Virus record (IMG/VR): IMGVR_UViG_3300012943_000001
Span: 103,743 to 167,742 of that record
DNA from: a virus
Taxonomy: Duplodnaviria > Heunggongvirae > Uroviricota > Caudoviricetes
Reading direction: 5' to 3' (one strand)
DNA length: 64,000 bases
The notes under the pieces are model-generated. The model had not been told where the DNA came from. It was given only the letters and a program-made list of their open reading frames with translations, and did not search any database. Within the stretch, counting starts at the first letter, position 1, and each line of letters begins with the position of its first letter. The translations under genes and the position numbers were made by a program. Below are positions 45,264 to 53,926 of the stretch, in pieces.

Positions 45264-45938
45264 ATGAAGATTCCAAAGTTCGATACAGTTAAGACGAAGA
45301 TTTTCTTCGGAAGCGACTTCCACTTGTCGCACAAGCAGCCATTCATTTGGCAGGCACGTGGCTTCAATTCGATTGAGGAGCACGCTAATTTCATCATTGA
45401 CGAGACGAACAAGGTTGTTGGTGAAGACGACATCCTGTTTTACTTGGGCGATTTCTCGCTCAACTCGACGCCTGACGAGACGCGTGCATACTTCCGTCGA
45501 TTCAAGACGAAGCACATCTATTACATTTGGGGCAACCACGAGTCCAACACTTGGGCTATCTATCAGGACGCAATCCGGGAGAAGTTCAAGGGTCTTCCAT
45601 TCGTGCCTCCAGAGGTTTATCATTTCACATGGGAGAACGTGACGTTCTTTGGTAAGAGCCTTATGGTTAATATCAATGGACAAATCGTAATCCTATCGCA
45701 CTTCGCCCATTACATTTGGGATACGATGCAGCACGGTGCGTGGAATATTTGCGGCCATAGTCATGGCAACTGTGCGGAGCTTGTACCAGAGGCGGCATTT
45801 GGTAAGGTTCTAGACGTTGGCGTGGATGTCGCCGTAAAGCTCAACGCAAGTCCTGTCGTATCGTTTGAAGAGGTGGAGGAAATCCTCTACAAGAAGGCGA
45901 TTCAAGTTCGAGACCATCACAATAAGCAGACAACATGA
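45264..45938 (+). CDS. calcineurin-like metallophosphoesterase (polynucleotide 3'-phosphatase candidate)
   Basis: GDFHL, GDF, GNHE motifs; start at the internal ATG immediately after the upstream stop. Confidence 0.7.
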   Translation: MKIPKFDTVKTKIFFGSDFHLSHKQPFIWQARGFNSIEEHANFIIDETNKVVGEDDILFYLGDFSLNSTPDETRAYFRRFKTKHIYYIWGNHESNTWAIYQDAIREKFKGLPFVPPEVYHFTWENVTFFGKSLMVNINGQIVILSHFAHYIWDTMQHGAWNICGHSHGNCAELVPEAAFGKVLDVGVDVAVKLNASPVVSFEEVEEILYKKAIQVRDHHNKQTT

Positions 45939-46414
45939 TTTCAGAGTTCCATATGTTAGTTGGTATCGTTGGCTCTGGCAAGAGCACGTTATGCAAGAAG
46001 TTACTTGTAGATAAGCAAGCGACTCTTGTCAGCTCTGACGATATACGCCTAGAGGTTTGTGGCAACATGACAGACCAATCCAAGAATGGCTTAATCTTTA
46101 CAAAGATTATTCCTGAGAGGATTAAGGCTGGACTGAAGGCGGGCAACGTTGTGTACGACGCAACGAACTATAACCGCAAGTCTCGCCGTGAGTGGTTGAC
46201 TCTAGCCAAGTCTCTAGGTGCGAGGACGGTAGTTCATCAAATGCTAACCCCATTCGATGAGTGCCGTCGTCGTAATGCCGCACGCCTAGAGCGTGTTGTG
46301 CCTGACTTCGTAATCGACAAGATGGTTGCGGGTTGGGAAGCTCCAGACATGAACATCGAGAAAATCGACGAAATCATCCTAGTATCTGAGAGTGGCGTTG
46401 CGAAAGTTGCTTGA
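45935..46414 (+). CDS. pnk: polynucleotide 5'-kinase domain protein (T4 Pnk kinase-like)
   Basis: P-loop GIVGSGKST; VVYDATNYNRKSRREW resembles the T4 Pnk DxTN...R segment. Confidence 0.7.
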   Translation: MISEFHMLVGIVGSGKSTLCKKLLVDKQATLVSSDDIRLEVCGNMTDQSKNGLIFTKIIPERIKAGLKAGNVVYDATNYNRKSRREWLTLAKSLGARTVVHQMLTPFDECRRRNAARLERVVPDFVIDKMVAGWEAPDMNIEKIDEIILVSESGVAKVA

Positions 46415-46442
46415 CTTTCCCGCCATTCTCGGTACTCTTAAC
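46411..46442 (+). promoter_or_regulatory. conserved CTTGACTTTCC-type promoter
   Basis: gcTTGACTttcccgccattctcggTACTCTtaa. Confidence 0.45.
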
Positions 46443-46465
46443 GTTTTACCTAATCAAATCTTACT

Positions 46466-46933
46466 ATGTCCAAAATCAATCTCGCCAAAGCCCTCAAAGT
46501 CAAAAATTCCCTTATCAGCGAAATCAATCGCTCCAAGGCTGTCTTTGCTCGTGAAAACTCCCGTAAGGAAGGCTCCACGTCCAAGGTTGACCGCGAACAG
46601 CTCTGGGACCAAATCTCCGTCAAAACCCAGCAGTTGGTCAAGCTGAAGGGGCAAATCGCCGCCGCGAACATTGCCATCTATCCAACGCTTGCCCTTATGG
46701 AGGAGGCTAAGTCTGCAATCACGTTCCTACAGCAGCTCAATACTACAGACGGAAAGGTCGTTGAGCATAGCCGCTATGGTACGGGTCCAAACCTTGAGAC
46801 GAACTTCTCCGCCTTCATCACGCAAGATGGGGTGGATAAGAGGGTCAACGAGTTTCAGAAGATTATCGAAGACGCACAAGATGCGGTGGACGCCTATAAC
46901 GCAACCACATTCATCGAAGTCTCATTCGTCTAA
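46466..46933 (+). CDS. hypothetical protein
   Basis: 155 aa after the promoter at 46411. Confidence 0.5.
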   Translation: MSKINLAKALKVKNSLISEINRSKAVFARENSRKEGSTSKVDREQLWDQISVKTQQLVKLKGQIAAANIAIYPTLALMEEAKSAITFLQQLNTTDGKVVEHSRYGTGPNLETNFSAFITQDGVDKRVNEFQKIIEDAQDAVDAYNATTFIEVSFV

Positions 46934-47151
46934 CACTTTGGGCCGCTGGTTCGGCGTCTAACAGGCACGGGAGTATTTTAATGACGAAAGTCATTGGAAA
47001 TCTATCTATAACGATAATGATAAGGAGTAAAGGCTTCGGCCCTAATAAGGTTCAACGCTCATGAACTCAAAAGTTATCAATTAAAGATTAAGAATCAAAA
47101 CTCTGTTTCCCTCACGTTTGTTATTCGCCGGATTAGCGGTTCATTTATTTT

Positions 47152-47304
47152 ATGATAAGATTCGCCATCGCGTTCTTATTGGGAGCGGCAGTCGCACTTT
47201 GGTTCCCCTTGTTTATCAAGGCGGTCCTCTGCCTCATTGGGTACGTAATCGTTGCGTCCTTAGCTACTCTCCTCTTCTTGGCTATCGTGGGTAGCAAGGC
47301 TTGA
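47152..47304 (+). CDS. small hydrophobic peptide (~50 aa, two TM)
   Basis: Manual ORF MIRFAIAFLLGAAVALWFPLF...; not in the ORF track (<60 aa). Confidence 0.35.
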   Translation: MIRFAIAFLLGAAVALWFPLFIKAVLCLIGYVIVASLATLLFLAIVGSKA

Positions 47305-47332
47305 CTTTACTGAAACGGCTACTAGAATGAAT
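47301..47332 (+). promoter_or_regulatory. conserved CTTGACTTTACTGAAACG-type promoter (-10 TAGAAT)
   Basis: gcTTGACTttactgaaacggctacTAGAATgaa. Confidence 0.55.
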
Positions 47333-47355
47333 TTCATGATTAACTCCCAACCCTA

Positions 47356-47649
47356 ATGGCTATTGTCAAAACAACCCGCTATTACCTGAATGTTTTTGGA
47401 AGCATTCAGAGAGACTTCAAGACTACAGCGTCCGAAGGCTCCAACAATAGAGACGACGTATTCGAATATACATTCCCAAACGACGAACTATTCTTTCAGC
47501 ATTTTTATCGACTCAATATCAAAACCGCTCAGGGCAAACTTCTAAAGGGTAAAACCTTGGTGGGGGTCTATACAAGAAGGGGTCTGGAAAAGAAAGACCG
47601 CCCTCGCCCCCGAATGAACAGCCAAAAATTCAGAGAACGCGACGAATGA
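47356..47649 (+). CDS. hypothetical protein
   Basis: 97 aa after the promoter at 47301. Confidence 0.45.
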   Translation: MAIVKTTRYYLNVFGSIQRDFKTTASEGSNNRDDVFEYTFPNDELFFQHFYRLNIKTAQGKLLKGKTLVGVYTRRGLEKKDRPRPRMNSQKFRERDE

Positions 47650-47858
47650 AAAAAGCATTTACATTAGTGGAAATCATGGTCGTCGTTTGTATCATAGGGG
47701 TTGTAGCCGCTATGGCAATTCCCGCCTTTCAAAAGCTCAAAGAGAGTAAAGCGAATGCAGATAAACGCAGGTCTCCACACAGAGTCGAACAAGTACAATC
47801 CTATACTCCTCCCGAGGAAATCATAATCAACGGTTATAAATATCGCCTAGTAAGGTAA
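47646..47858 (+). CDS. type IV pilin-like (prepilin N-terminal methylation motif) small protein
   Basis: KKAFTLVEIMVVVCIIGVVAAMAIP is a canonical class III signal / pilin N-terminus. Confidence 0.5.
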   Translation: MKKAFTLVEIMVVVCIIGVVAAMAIPAFQKLKESKANADKRRSPHRVEQVQSYTPPEEIIINGYKYRLVR

Positions 47859-47860
47859 CA

Positions 47861-48889
47861 ATGGCAGTGGCAAGAAAATTAGCGTCCATCCAAAAAATTC
47901 TAGACATACTTCCCCATGCAAACGCGGACACGTTAGAGATTGCCCGCGTCTTGGGTTGGAAGGTTTGCGTCAAGAAGGGCGAGTTCAAAGTAGGAGACTA
48001 CTGTGTCTACATGGAGATTGACTCTATGTTGCCGCAGAAACCTGAGTTTGAATTCCTTCGTTCCAAAGGATTCAGGATTAAAACCGTCAGGCTCCGTGGA
48101 GAAGTGTCTCAGGGCATCGCATTCCCACTATCTATCCTTGATGGATATAAGGTTCACGACCAGCATCAGGAGATACCTTACTTAGAAGATTTGGATGTCA
48201 CTGAGCTTATTGGCGTCGTCAAGTACGAGCCCGCAATCCACTTCGCTATTGGCGGAGAGATTAAGGGTCATTTCCCAGAGTTTTTGAAGAAGACGGACGA
48301 GACCCGCATCCAAGCCTTTCCTCGTCTCCTAGACCGCTACAAGGGCGAACGCTTCTACGTTACAGAGAAGTTGGACGGCTCTTCCATGACCGTATATTTC
48401 AAAGACGGTATGTTTGGTATTTGCAGTCGTAACTACGAACTTAGAGAGACTGAAGGTAACGCTCTATGGGCAACCGCAAAGAGGCTCCACCTACCCGAGA
48501 AACTTACGGCTTTTGGTCGCAATATTGCGATTCAGGGTGAGCTTATCGGTCCGGGCATCCAAGGTAACAAATACAAGGTCAAAGAACATCAGTTCCGTCC
48601 GTTCAACGCTATCAACATCAATGAGGCGAAACGTATTGGAGCTGTCGAACTGTTCTCTTTGTGCTCTGCACTAGACCTAGAGCCCGTTCCTGTAATCGAC
48701 TTCTGGTTCGTTCTTAACCATACTGTAGACGATATAGTGTCGTACGCAGAGGGTAAGAGTGCTTTGAATTCAAACACGGAAAGAGAGGGTGTCGTCATTC
48801 GTTACATCGAAGAGAAGTACGACGAAGACATTGGAGACTTGAGCTTCAAAGTCATCAGCCCTAACTTCCTGCTTAAATCAGACGAGTAA
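47861..48889 (+). CDS. RNA ligase, DRB0094/Rnl5 family
   Basis: N-terminal OB LASIQKI...ADTLEIARVLGWKVCVKKGEFKVGDYCVYMEIDS; motif I EKLDGSS. Confidence 0.75.
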   Translation: MAVARKLASIQKILDILPHANADTLEIARVLGWKVCVKKGEFKVGDYCVYMEIDSMLPQKPEFEFLRSKGFRIKTVRLRGEVSQGIAFPLSILDGYKVHDQHQEIPYLEDLDVTELIGVVKYEPAIHFAIGGEIKGHFPEFLKKTDETRIQAFPRLLDRYKGERFYVTEKLDGSSMTVYFKDGMFGICSRNYELRETEGNALWATAKRLHLPEKLTAFGRNIAIQGELIGPGIQGNKYKVKEHQFRPFNAININEAKRIGAVELFSLCSALDLEPVPVIDFWFVLNHTVDDIVSYAEGKSALNSNTEREGVVIRYIEEKYDEDIGDLSFKVISPNFLLKSDE

Positions 48890-48890
48890 T

Positions 48891-49412
48891 ATGCTGGCAC
48901 CGGCCTATGACCATAAAGACAATCTCTCAGAGGTCTGGGTTCAGTATTCGACGCATCCAGACTTCAAATTCTGGAATGCGGAGCCAACATATCATTTCAC
49001 TCCAGACATTTACCCTACTCAAAAGAAAGAAGAGTGGGTAAGCGTAGATGATAGCGGCAAGATTCATGGCTACTTCTGTGCGTGGGTAGACAAGAACACG
49101 TTCTGCCTCAATGATATTGGCATAGTAAGGTTTGTGGAAGGTAAGCGGTTTTCGCTTGACTTTTGCAGGTACATTGCTAGTATCAGGAAACGGTACAGGC
49201 TAGCACGTTGGGCTTGTATCGAAGGCAATCCCGCCTCAGCGTCTTATGACCATATGGTCAAGTTGCTAGGCGGCAAAAAGGTCGGAACGTTCACCAATAA
49301 GGTGCGGCTATCTGATGGCCAATTCTACAACGAAACTTGGTACGAAGCTCCGGGCGTTGTGCCGCTAAAAAATTACTTCAATGCTAAGAAACAAGCAGAC
49401 CGACAAGGATAA
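48891..49412 (+). CDS. hypothetical protein
   Basis: 173 aa. Confidence 0.5.
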   Translation: MLAPAYDHKDNLSEVWVQYSTHPDFKFWNAEPTYHFTPDIYPTQKKEEWVSVDDSGKIHGYFCAWVDKNTFCLNDIGIVRFVEGKRFSLDFCRYIASIRKRYRLARWACIEGNPASASYDHMVKLLGGKKVGTFTNKVRLSDGQFYNETWYEAPGVVPLKNYFNAKKQADRQG

Positions 49413-50049
49413 AAGCATTCTCAAGCTTCAAAGAGAGTTGAGCCGTCTATGGCAAGCTAAGTGGAACTATCCGCTAATTGAAGTGGACGTTCCATATCAA
49501 AACGGTTGGACGAAATCATTCGAACTTCGTGACGACATTTCCCGTCGTACAGACGCGGCGGTATTCAAGAAGATTCTGAAAAGGATTAACTCTAAAGTAT
49601 TTTGCCGAACCAAGAACTTCCTAAAACGAGATGGTACAGCAATCCCTCATGACCTAGACGTAATTGGAGTAAATGAGTGGGAGGGTTTGGGTTGGCCTGA
49701 GCATTACAAGAAGTATTTCTATTTTGGCTACATCATTCGCCACCGCCGCATTATTAAATGCTATAGCTTCATTAACTCCTACTATTTCGTAGATAAGATT
49801 GAGCCTCATATCATAACTCATCAACGCGTCGTTATTCCTCAAGTAGAATCTCGCATTGCAGAGATTCGTGCAAAGATGAGTCGTGGTCTATGGAATAGAC
49901 TGAATAATCTCAAGGGATGTCGTCGTATGTCTGACGACTGGCGTCTTTCTAAACAGCGAGCTTTTGAAGCTTTGAACACTAAAGAAATCGAAGATATCCG
50001 CTACGAGTCTATCCGTTTCAACCCTTACAAAGACCAAACCAATGATTGA
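49381..50049 (+). CDS. hypothetical protein
   Basis: 222 aa. Confidence 0.5.
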   Translation: MLRNKQTDKDKSILKLQRELSRLWQAKWNYPLIEVDVPYQNGWTKSFELRDDISRRTDAAVFKKILKRINSKVFCRTKNFLKRDGTAIPHDLDVIGVNEWEGLGWPEHYKKYFYFGYIIRHRRIIKCYSFINSYYFVDKIEPHIITHQRVVIPQVESRIAEIRAKMSRGLWNRLNNLKGCRRMSDDWRLSKQRAFEALNTKEIEDIRYESIRFNPYKDQTND

Positions 50050-50446
50050 CCCTATCGTAATCAAAGAGACCCAAGTCCATCATAAAGGCTGGGGTAAAGA
50101 AGTATGGATTGCCAACAACGCAAAATATTGCGGCAAAATACTCTATTTCAACAAGGGTGCAGAATTTTCCATGCACTACCATATGCTGAAGCATGAGACT
50201 TTTTACATTCTTAGTGGCAAGATTGTTTTACGAGGATTCGACCTGAGCGACGCCACCCCGCACGAAGAGACCTACGGACCGGGCACGGTCATCGTAATCC
50301 CCGCAGGAAACCCACACAAGATTTTCGCCATCGAAGAGACCGTCGTCATCGAAGTAAGTACGCAACACTTTGAGGATGACTCGTATAGGATTCAGAGGGG
50401 CGACTCTCAGAAGACCGTCTTCGCCGAGGCGGTAAGAACCGCTTGA
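50042..50446 (+). CDS. cupin-fold protein
   Basis: MHYHMLKHETFYILSG ... NPHKI (cupin metal-site pattern). Confidence 0.6.
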   Translation: MIDPIVIKETQVHHKGWGKEVWIANNAKYCGKILYFNKGAEFSMHYHMLKHETFYILSGKIVLRGFDLSDATPHEETYGPGTVIVIPAGNPHKIFAIEETVVIEVSTQHFEDDSYRIQRGDSQKTVFAEAVRTA

Positions 50447-50475
50447 CTTTCTGGAAACGCTAGGGAGAATGTAAA
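50443..50475 (+). promoter_or_regulatory. conserved CTTGACTTTCTGGAAACG-type promoter
   Basis: gcTTGACTttctggaaacgctagggaGAATGTaaa. Confidence 0.5.
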
Positions 50476-50477
50476 AC

Positions 50478-50933
50478 ATGCAGTTAACCGAATTCGTAAA
50501 ACAAACAGTCCGCAACTTCGACTCGACCGTAAAAAAAGCCGAGGAAAAAGCGGAAGAGATAGAAGCCGCCAAAAGCTGTGCAAAAGATGAATTATCTAAA
50601 TATCTAGAATGCTATATTGAAGAGTTCGTTCTTGAAGGTCGTGTAGTGACCTACCCTCGTCCTCGCAACCTTAAAATCTCATTCGACAATCATGAGGTCG
50701 TCTCAATTTCAATTACGAATCATGAACTGGGGTGCCGCGTAGTAATAAACTGCCCTCTATCCGATAAACACAGCGACACGTTTGCATTTCGAGTTAGCTC
50801 CAAAGAAGATGTAGACACGCTATTTACCAAGAAAGATAATCTCGACCTATTAACTTTAATCAAACAATCTATCTTAAATCATTTCAACTCTGGCGTAAAA
50901 ATCGTTCTTGACTCAGTTCTAAGTAGGTTATAA
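50478..50933 (+). CDS. hypothetical protein
   Basis: 151 aa after the promoter at 50443. Confidence 0.5.
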   Translation: MQLTEFVKQTVRNFDSTVKKAEEKAEEIEAAKSCAKDELSKYLECYIEEFVLEGRVVTYPRPRNLKISFDNHEVVSISITNHELGCRVVINCPLSDKHSDTFAFRVSSKEDVDTLFTKKDNLDLLTLIKQSILNHFNSGVKIVLDSVLSRL

Positions 50934-50934
50934 T

Positions 50935-51330
50935 ATGTCTCCAGCAGAAGTCATCAAGCTTTGGAAATCAATCGAACAAGAAAAACAATTTAAGGACGCA
51001 CTCAAAGAAAGCGGGTTTCGTTACATAGGAAGCGGGCTAGAGTCCGTGGTGTATGCAAAGCCTCGGTCAGAGTTTGTAGTTAAAGTTTGTGATGGTAGGA
51101 TAGCGACCCATAAATTAAAAGACCCACAATTAGAAAAATATCGACTAGGCTACATTTTTACAAACAGACGAAAAAGCGTCGGTATTCAAATGCGAGTAAA
51201 TAGGTCCAACCGTTATAGAGCTTGGGCTCAGATTAGAGACTCGGTAAATACAGACCTTTCTGAATTTGACATACATCAACAAAATGTAGGCTGGTATAAA
51301 GGTAAGCCCGTAATCATTGACTACGTATGA
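50935..51330 (+). CDS. hypothetical protein
   Basis: 131 aa. Confidence 0.5.
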   Translation: MSPAEVIKLWKSIEQEKQFKDALKESGFRYIGSGLESVVYAKPRSEFVVKVCDGRIATHKLKDPQLEKYRLGYIFTNRRKSVGIQMRVNRSNRYRAWAQIRDSVNTDLSEFDIHQQNVGWYKGKPVIIDYV

Positions 51331-51776
51331 AAACTAGGTATAAGGTAGCTATTAGCATCATCGCTCTCGCATTAACCGCACACTTCTTTAAGATTTGTAC
51401 GTACTCAGCGTATTACGCAGGCAAATTAGATGGAGCAAAAGAAAATGGCGACTATGTTATTCAGGTCAATAAGCAGGCGGCAAAGGAAAGGCAAGAAGGC
51501 ATCAAGAGTGACTGGATAAAGATTCTCACCCCAGACGGCAGAGCTTATTATAAGACAGATTTGGCCGCTCCTACGCTCTTTGTGGAGCAGATGGACTACG
51601 TTTCATTCGACAAGGGAACCTACGCCTTCAAACCGCAAGACTTCGATATCTTTGAAATCTTCTACATCGTCCACAATCATCCTGATGACGGCATCAAGTT
51701 TGAAGTACCGGCTCAGGAAGACCCAGAGGATTCAATCCCTGAAGGTAAGTATGGCGGCAAGTTTCGTCTTCTTTGA
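51327..51776 (+). CDS. hypothetical membrane-anchored protein
   Basis: N-terminal TM VAISIIALALTAHF. Confidence 0.5.
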   Translation: MKTRYKVAISIIALALTAHFFKICTYSAYYAGKLDGAKENGDYVIQVNKQAAKERQEGIKSDWIKILTPDGRAYYKTDLAAPTLFVEQMDYVSFDKGTYAFKPQDFDIFEIFYIVHNHPDDGIKFEVPAQEDPEDSIPEGKYGGKFRLL

Positions 51777-51784
51777 AAAGTCTC

Positions 51785-51815
51785 TTGACAAATCGACCAA
51801 ACCAGATATACTCTA
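51785..51815 (+). promoter_or_regulatory. sigma70-like promoter (TTGACA ... TATACT)
   Basis: tcTTGACAaatcgaccaaaccagaTATACTcta. Confidence 0.5.
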
Positions 51816-51833
51816 GCACATCAAGTTTAACAT

Positions 51834-52058
51834 ATGGCGTTCACACTCAAATCCAAAAAATCTCTCTCGACGATTCTCTCGTCTTTTCAAAAAACACTTG
51901 CAGAGCTTCAAGTTCTAACCGAAGCAAACCAAGCTGAGGTAGCAACCAATCAGACGAGGATAGCGTCTCTTCAGGAGACCAACGCAAATCTCGACGCAGA
52001 GACGAAACAGGCGGCAGTGGTGGCGACAAACCTCAAGTCAATCTTGGGTCAACAGTAA
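51834..52058 (+). CDS. small coiled-coil protein
   Basis: 74 aa; promoter at 51785. Confidence 0.4.
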   Translation: MAFTLKSKKSLSTILSSFQKTLAELQVLTEANQAEVATNQTRIASLQETNANLDAETKQAAVVATNLKSILGQQ

Positions 52059-52145
52059 GTTCTTTCAAATAAACAATTTAAGCGAATTTTGTGGAGTGTG
52101 CAAACCGTGCTTCACAGGGGAAAAGATTAGTGTTCTAAGTTTTGA

Positions 52146-52176
52146 GTTGACAAACGGTTCGAAAATTTCCTCAGAT
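52146..52176 (+). promoter_or_regulatory. sigma70-like promoter (TTGACAAACGG)
   Basis: gagTTGACAaacggttcgaaaatttcctcag. Confidence 0.4.
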
Positions 52177-52192
52177 TTCTAAAAATAAAGCT

Positions 52193-52225
52193 TGATTTTC
52201 GAAACATTCAGTGTAATATAGGTTG
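52193..52225 (+). promoter_or_regulatory. conserved CTTGATTTTCGAAAC-type promoter (-10 TAATAT) upstream of the tRNA-array leader
   Basis: gcTTGATTttcgaaacattcagtgTAATATagg. Confidence 0.5.
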
Positions 52226-52429
52226 TAGAAAATTAAGAAAGCAGCAGATGTATAAAACAATTTCCAGTTCATTTAGTAACCCGGCCTCTTCAAGAGCTGC
52301 CCTACCGTTGTCCCATCTCTGGGTCCGCGTAGGAAATCAAGAAGATAAGGGTAATCAGGGTCTCTCTAAGAAAGAGATATAAGGAATAACAAAACACTTT
52401 TGTAATCCGAATATCGTAAAACTTAAAGA

Positions 52430-52460
52430 GGCCCAAGAAGAAATTCTTGGGTCTTTTTTA
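52430..52460 (+). terminator. rho-independent terminator
   Basis: GGCCCAAGAAgaaaTTCTTGGGTC + TTTTTTATT. Confidence 0.7.
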
Positions 52461-52657
52461 TTAACAATTCTCAGGTTGTCGGTAACCACAAAACCGACAC
52501 TAACGTCCGAAGTCACAGTAGGGCGTCCAAACCAGAAGTGCGTCTAGTTTAACTAGGGCCGCTGAGAGGGACGAAACAAATGCCAAGTTTTACGGTATTG
52601 GATTATGTAATAGGTGGCGTCGCGGCCTTGCTCTATATGAGCAGAACGGCGACAAAT

Positions 52658-52733
52658 GGGGATGTAGCTCAGTTGGTAGAGCACCTGCTTTGCAAGCAGA
52701 TTGTCGCAGGTTCGACCCCTGTCATCTCCACCA
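52658..52733 (+). tRNA. tRNA-Ala(TGC)
   Basis: GGGGATGTAGCTCAG...TTCGACC...CTCCACCA; loop TTTGCAA; G3:U70. Confidence 0.8.
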
Positions 52734-52782
52734 TTTCATTGACGCGGTTGTTACTACACGGGTTAGTCAGGAAGTAACATTT

Positions 52783-52858
52783 GGGGGCAAAGCATTGCTG
52801 GCAATGCGTCTGTCTTGCACACAGAAAACTGCGGGTTCGACTCCCGCTGTCTCCACCA
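52783..52858 (+). tRNA. tRNA-Ala(TGC)-like, atypical D-arm
   Basis: GGGGGCA...loop CTTGCAC...TTCGACT...TGTCTCCACCA; G3:U70 present. Confidence 0.5.
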
Positions 52859-52992
52859 ATTTCGTATCAGTGAGTTCAATAGCAAAAGCCGCAAGGTGAA
52901 GTAACTATTATTCATAAGCTCTGTCTGAGCAAGTCGGGTTAAAATCCGAAAGCTGATACAAGCCCGCATATAGGTTGCGGGTGTTAATTTAT

Positions 52993-53067
52993 GGCCCGGT
53001 AGTTTAGAAGTTAGAATACCTGTCTTTCACACAGGAGATGAGGGAGCGTTACCCTCTCGGGCTACCA
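52993..53067 (+). tRNA. tRNA-Glu(TTC)-like, unusual T-loop
   Basis: Loop CTTTCAC; D-loop TAGAAGTTAG as in Glu; T-loop AGCGTTA non-canonical. Confidence 0.45.
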
Positions 53068-53150
53068 TTTATATGACGGCGTAGAGGTTCGGTATTACTA
53101 CGACTCGTAGATACCGTCATTAGCTTGAGATTAGATACCTCAAGCGTTAA

Positions 53151-53240
53151 GGAGAGGTGTCAGAGCGGTTTATTGAGTCTGTCTTGAAAACAGAAGGGTT
53201 GTAAAAGGCCCCGTGGGTTCAAATCCCACCCTCTCCTCCA
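53151..53240 (+). tRNA. tRNA-Ser(TGA), type II
   Basis: GGAGAGG...loop CTTGAAA...long variable arm...TTCAAAT...CCTCTCCTCCA. Confidence 0.75.
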
Positions 53241-53297
53241 TTTTTCTGTTGTGAATGTTCAGCGGGCCTAGCGACCCGCCTATAGAGTGAGCAATGG

Positions 53298-53323
53298 GAA
53301 GCAACTAGCGGGTTGCTTTTTGT
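53298..53323 (+). terminator. rho-independent terminator candidate inside the tRNA array
   Basis: GAAGCAACtagcggGTTGCTT + TTTTG. Confidence 0.5.
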
Positions 53324-53397
53324 GTCAGAAAGGGCACGATATAAAAGACGAATACGATGGAACGCGGTCGTCTCTAAATAATACGGAGTTCCACCAC

Positions 53398-53487
53398 GGA
53401 GAGTTGGGCGAGTGGTTTATGCCGAGACTTTGCTAAAGTCTTGCTGCCGAAAGGTGGCCGGGGGTTCGAATCCCTCATTCTCCGCCA
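53398..53487 (+). tRNA. tRNA-Ser(GCT), type II
   Basis: Loop TTGCTAA, long variable arm, TTCGAAT T-loop, CCA. Confidence 0.7.
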
Positions 53488-53491
53488 ATTT

Positions 53492-53567
53492 GGTTGTATA
53501 GTGTAAAGGTCGCATTGGTAGATTGTCAATCTACAGGTCGGGGTTCAACTTCCCCGTACAACCGCCA
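53492..53567 (+). tRNA. tRNA-Asp(GTC)
   Basis: Loop TTGTCAA; TTCAACT T-loop; ...CAACCGCCA. Confidence 0.7.
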
Positions 53568-53573
53568 ATTTAT

Positions 53574-53647
53574 GGTTCCATCGTTCAACGGATAGGACAG
53601 CATCCTTCTAAGTTGCATATGGGGGTTCGATTCCCTCTGGAACTACC
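53574..53647 (+). tRNA. tRNA-Arg(TCT)
   Basis: Loop CTTCTAA, stem GCATC/GTTGC (one U.U); TTCGATT. Confidence 0.65.
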
Positions 53648-53652
53648 ATTTA

Positions 53653-53728
53653 TAGAGTCATCGTTCAACGGATAGGACTTAAGTTTCCTAAACTTAGTAT
53701 CAGGGTTCGATTCCCTGTGACTCTACCA
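53653..53728 (+). tRNA. tRNA-Arg(CCT)
   Basis: Stem TAAGT/ACTTA, loop TTCCTAA; TTCGATT; ACCA. Confidence 0.7.
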
Positions 53729-53738
53729 TTCAGTTTAT

Positions 53739-53814
53739 GGACGATTAGCACAGCGGCTAATGCACCTGCTTTACACGCAGGCTACCGGGGGTTCGAGTCC
53801 GTCATCGTCTACCA
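53739..53814 (+). tRNA. tRNA-Val(TAC)
   Basis: Loop TTTACAC; TTCGAGT; ...CGTCTACCA. Confidence 0.7.
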
Positions 53815-53926
53815 TTTAGGTTTGCTCACCAGCCTTTGTAATAGTGAGTCTTTTGATGATTAAGGTGAAAATCATCCAGTATACATAGTGGATTATGTCA
53901 TCGTCTTCTTTACGATAAAAGAAAAT

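Noticed and set aside
52580-52969. ORFs 52580..52777(+), 52690..52899(+) and 52763..52969(-) from the six-frame track
   Set aside because: They overlap the two tRNA-Ala genes and read through the conserved GGTTCGA T-loop sequence, so they are spurious.
53050-53150. Hairpin ATGACGG...CCGTCAT (about 48 nt) between tRNA-Glu-like and tRNA-Ser
   Set aside because: It is a stable stem-loop but has no tRNA-like internal structure and no T-tract. It is probably a processing spacer, so I did not call a feature.
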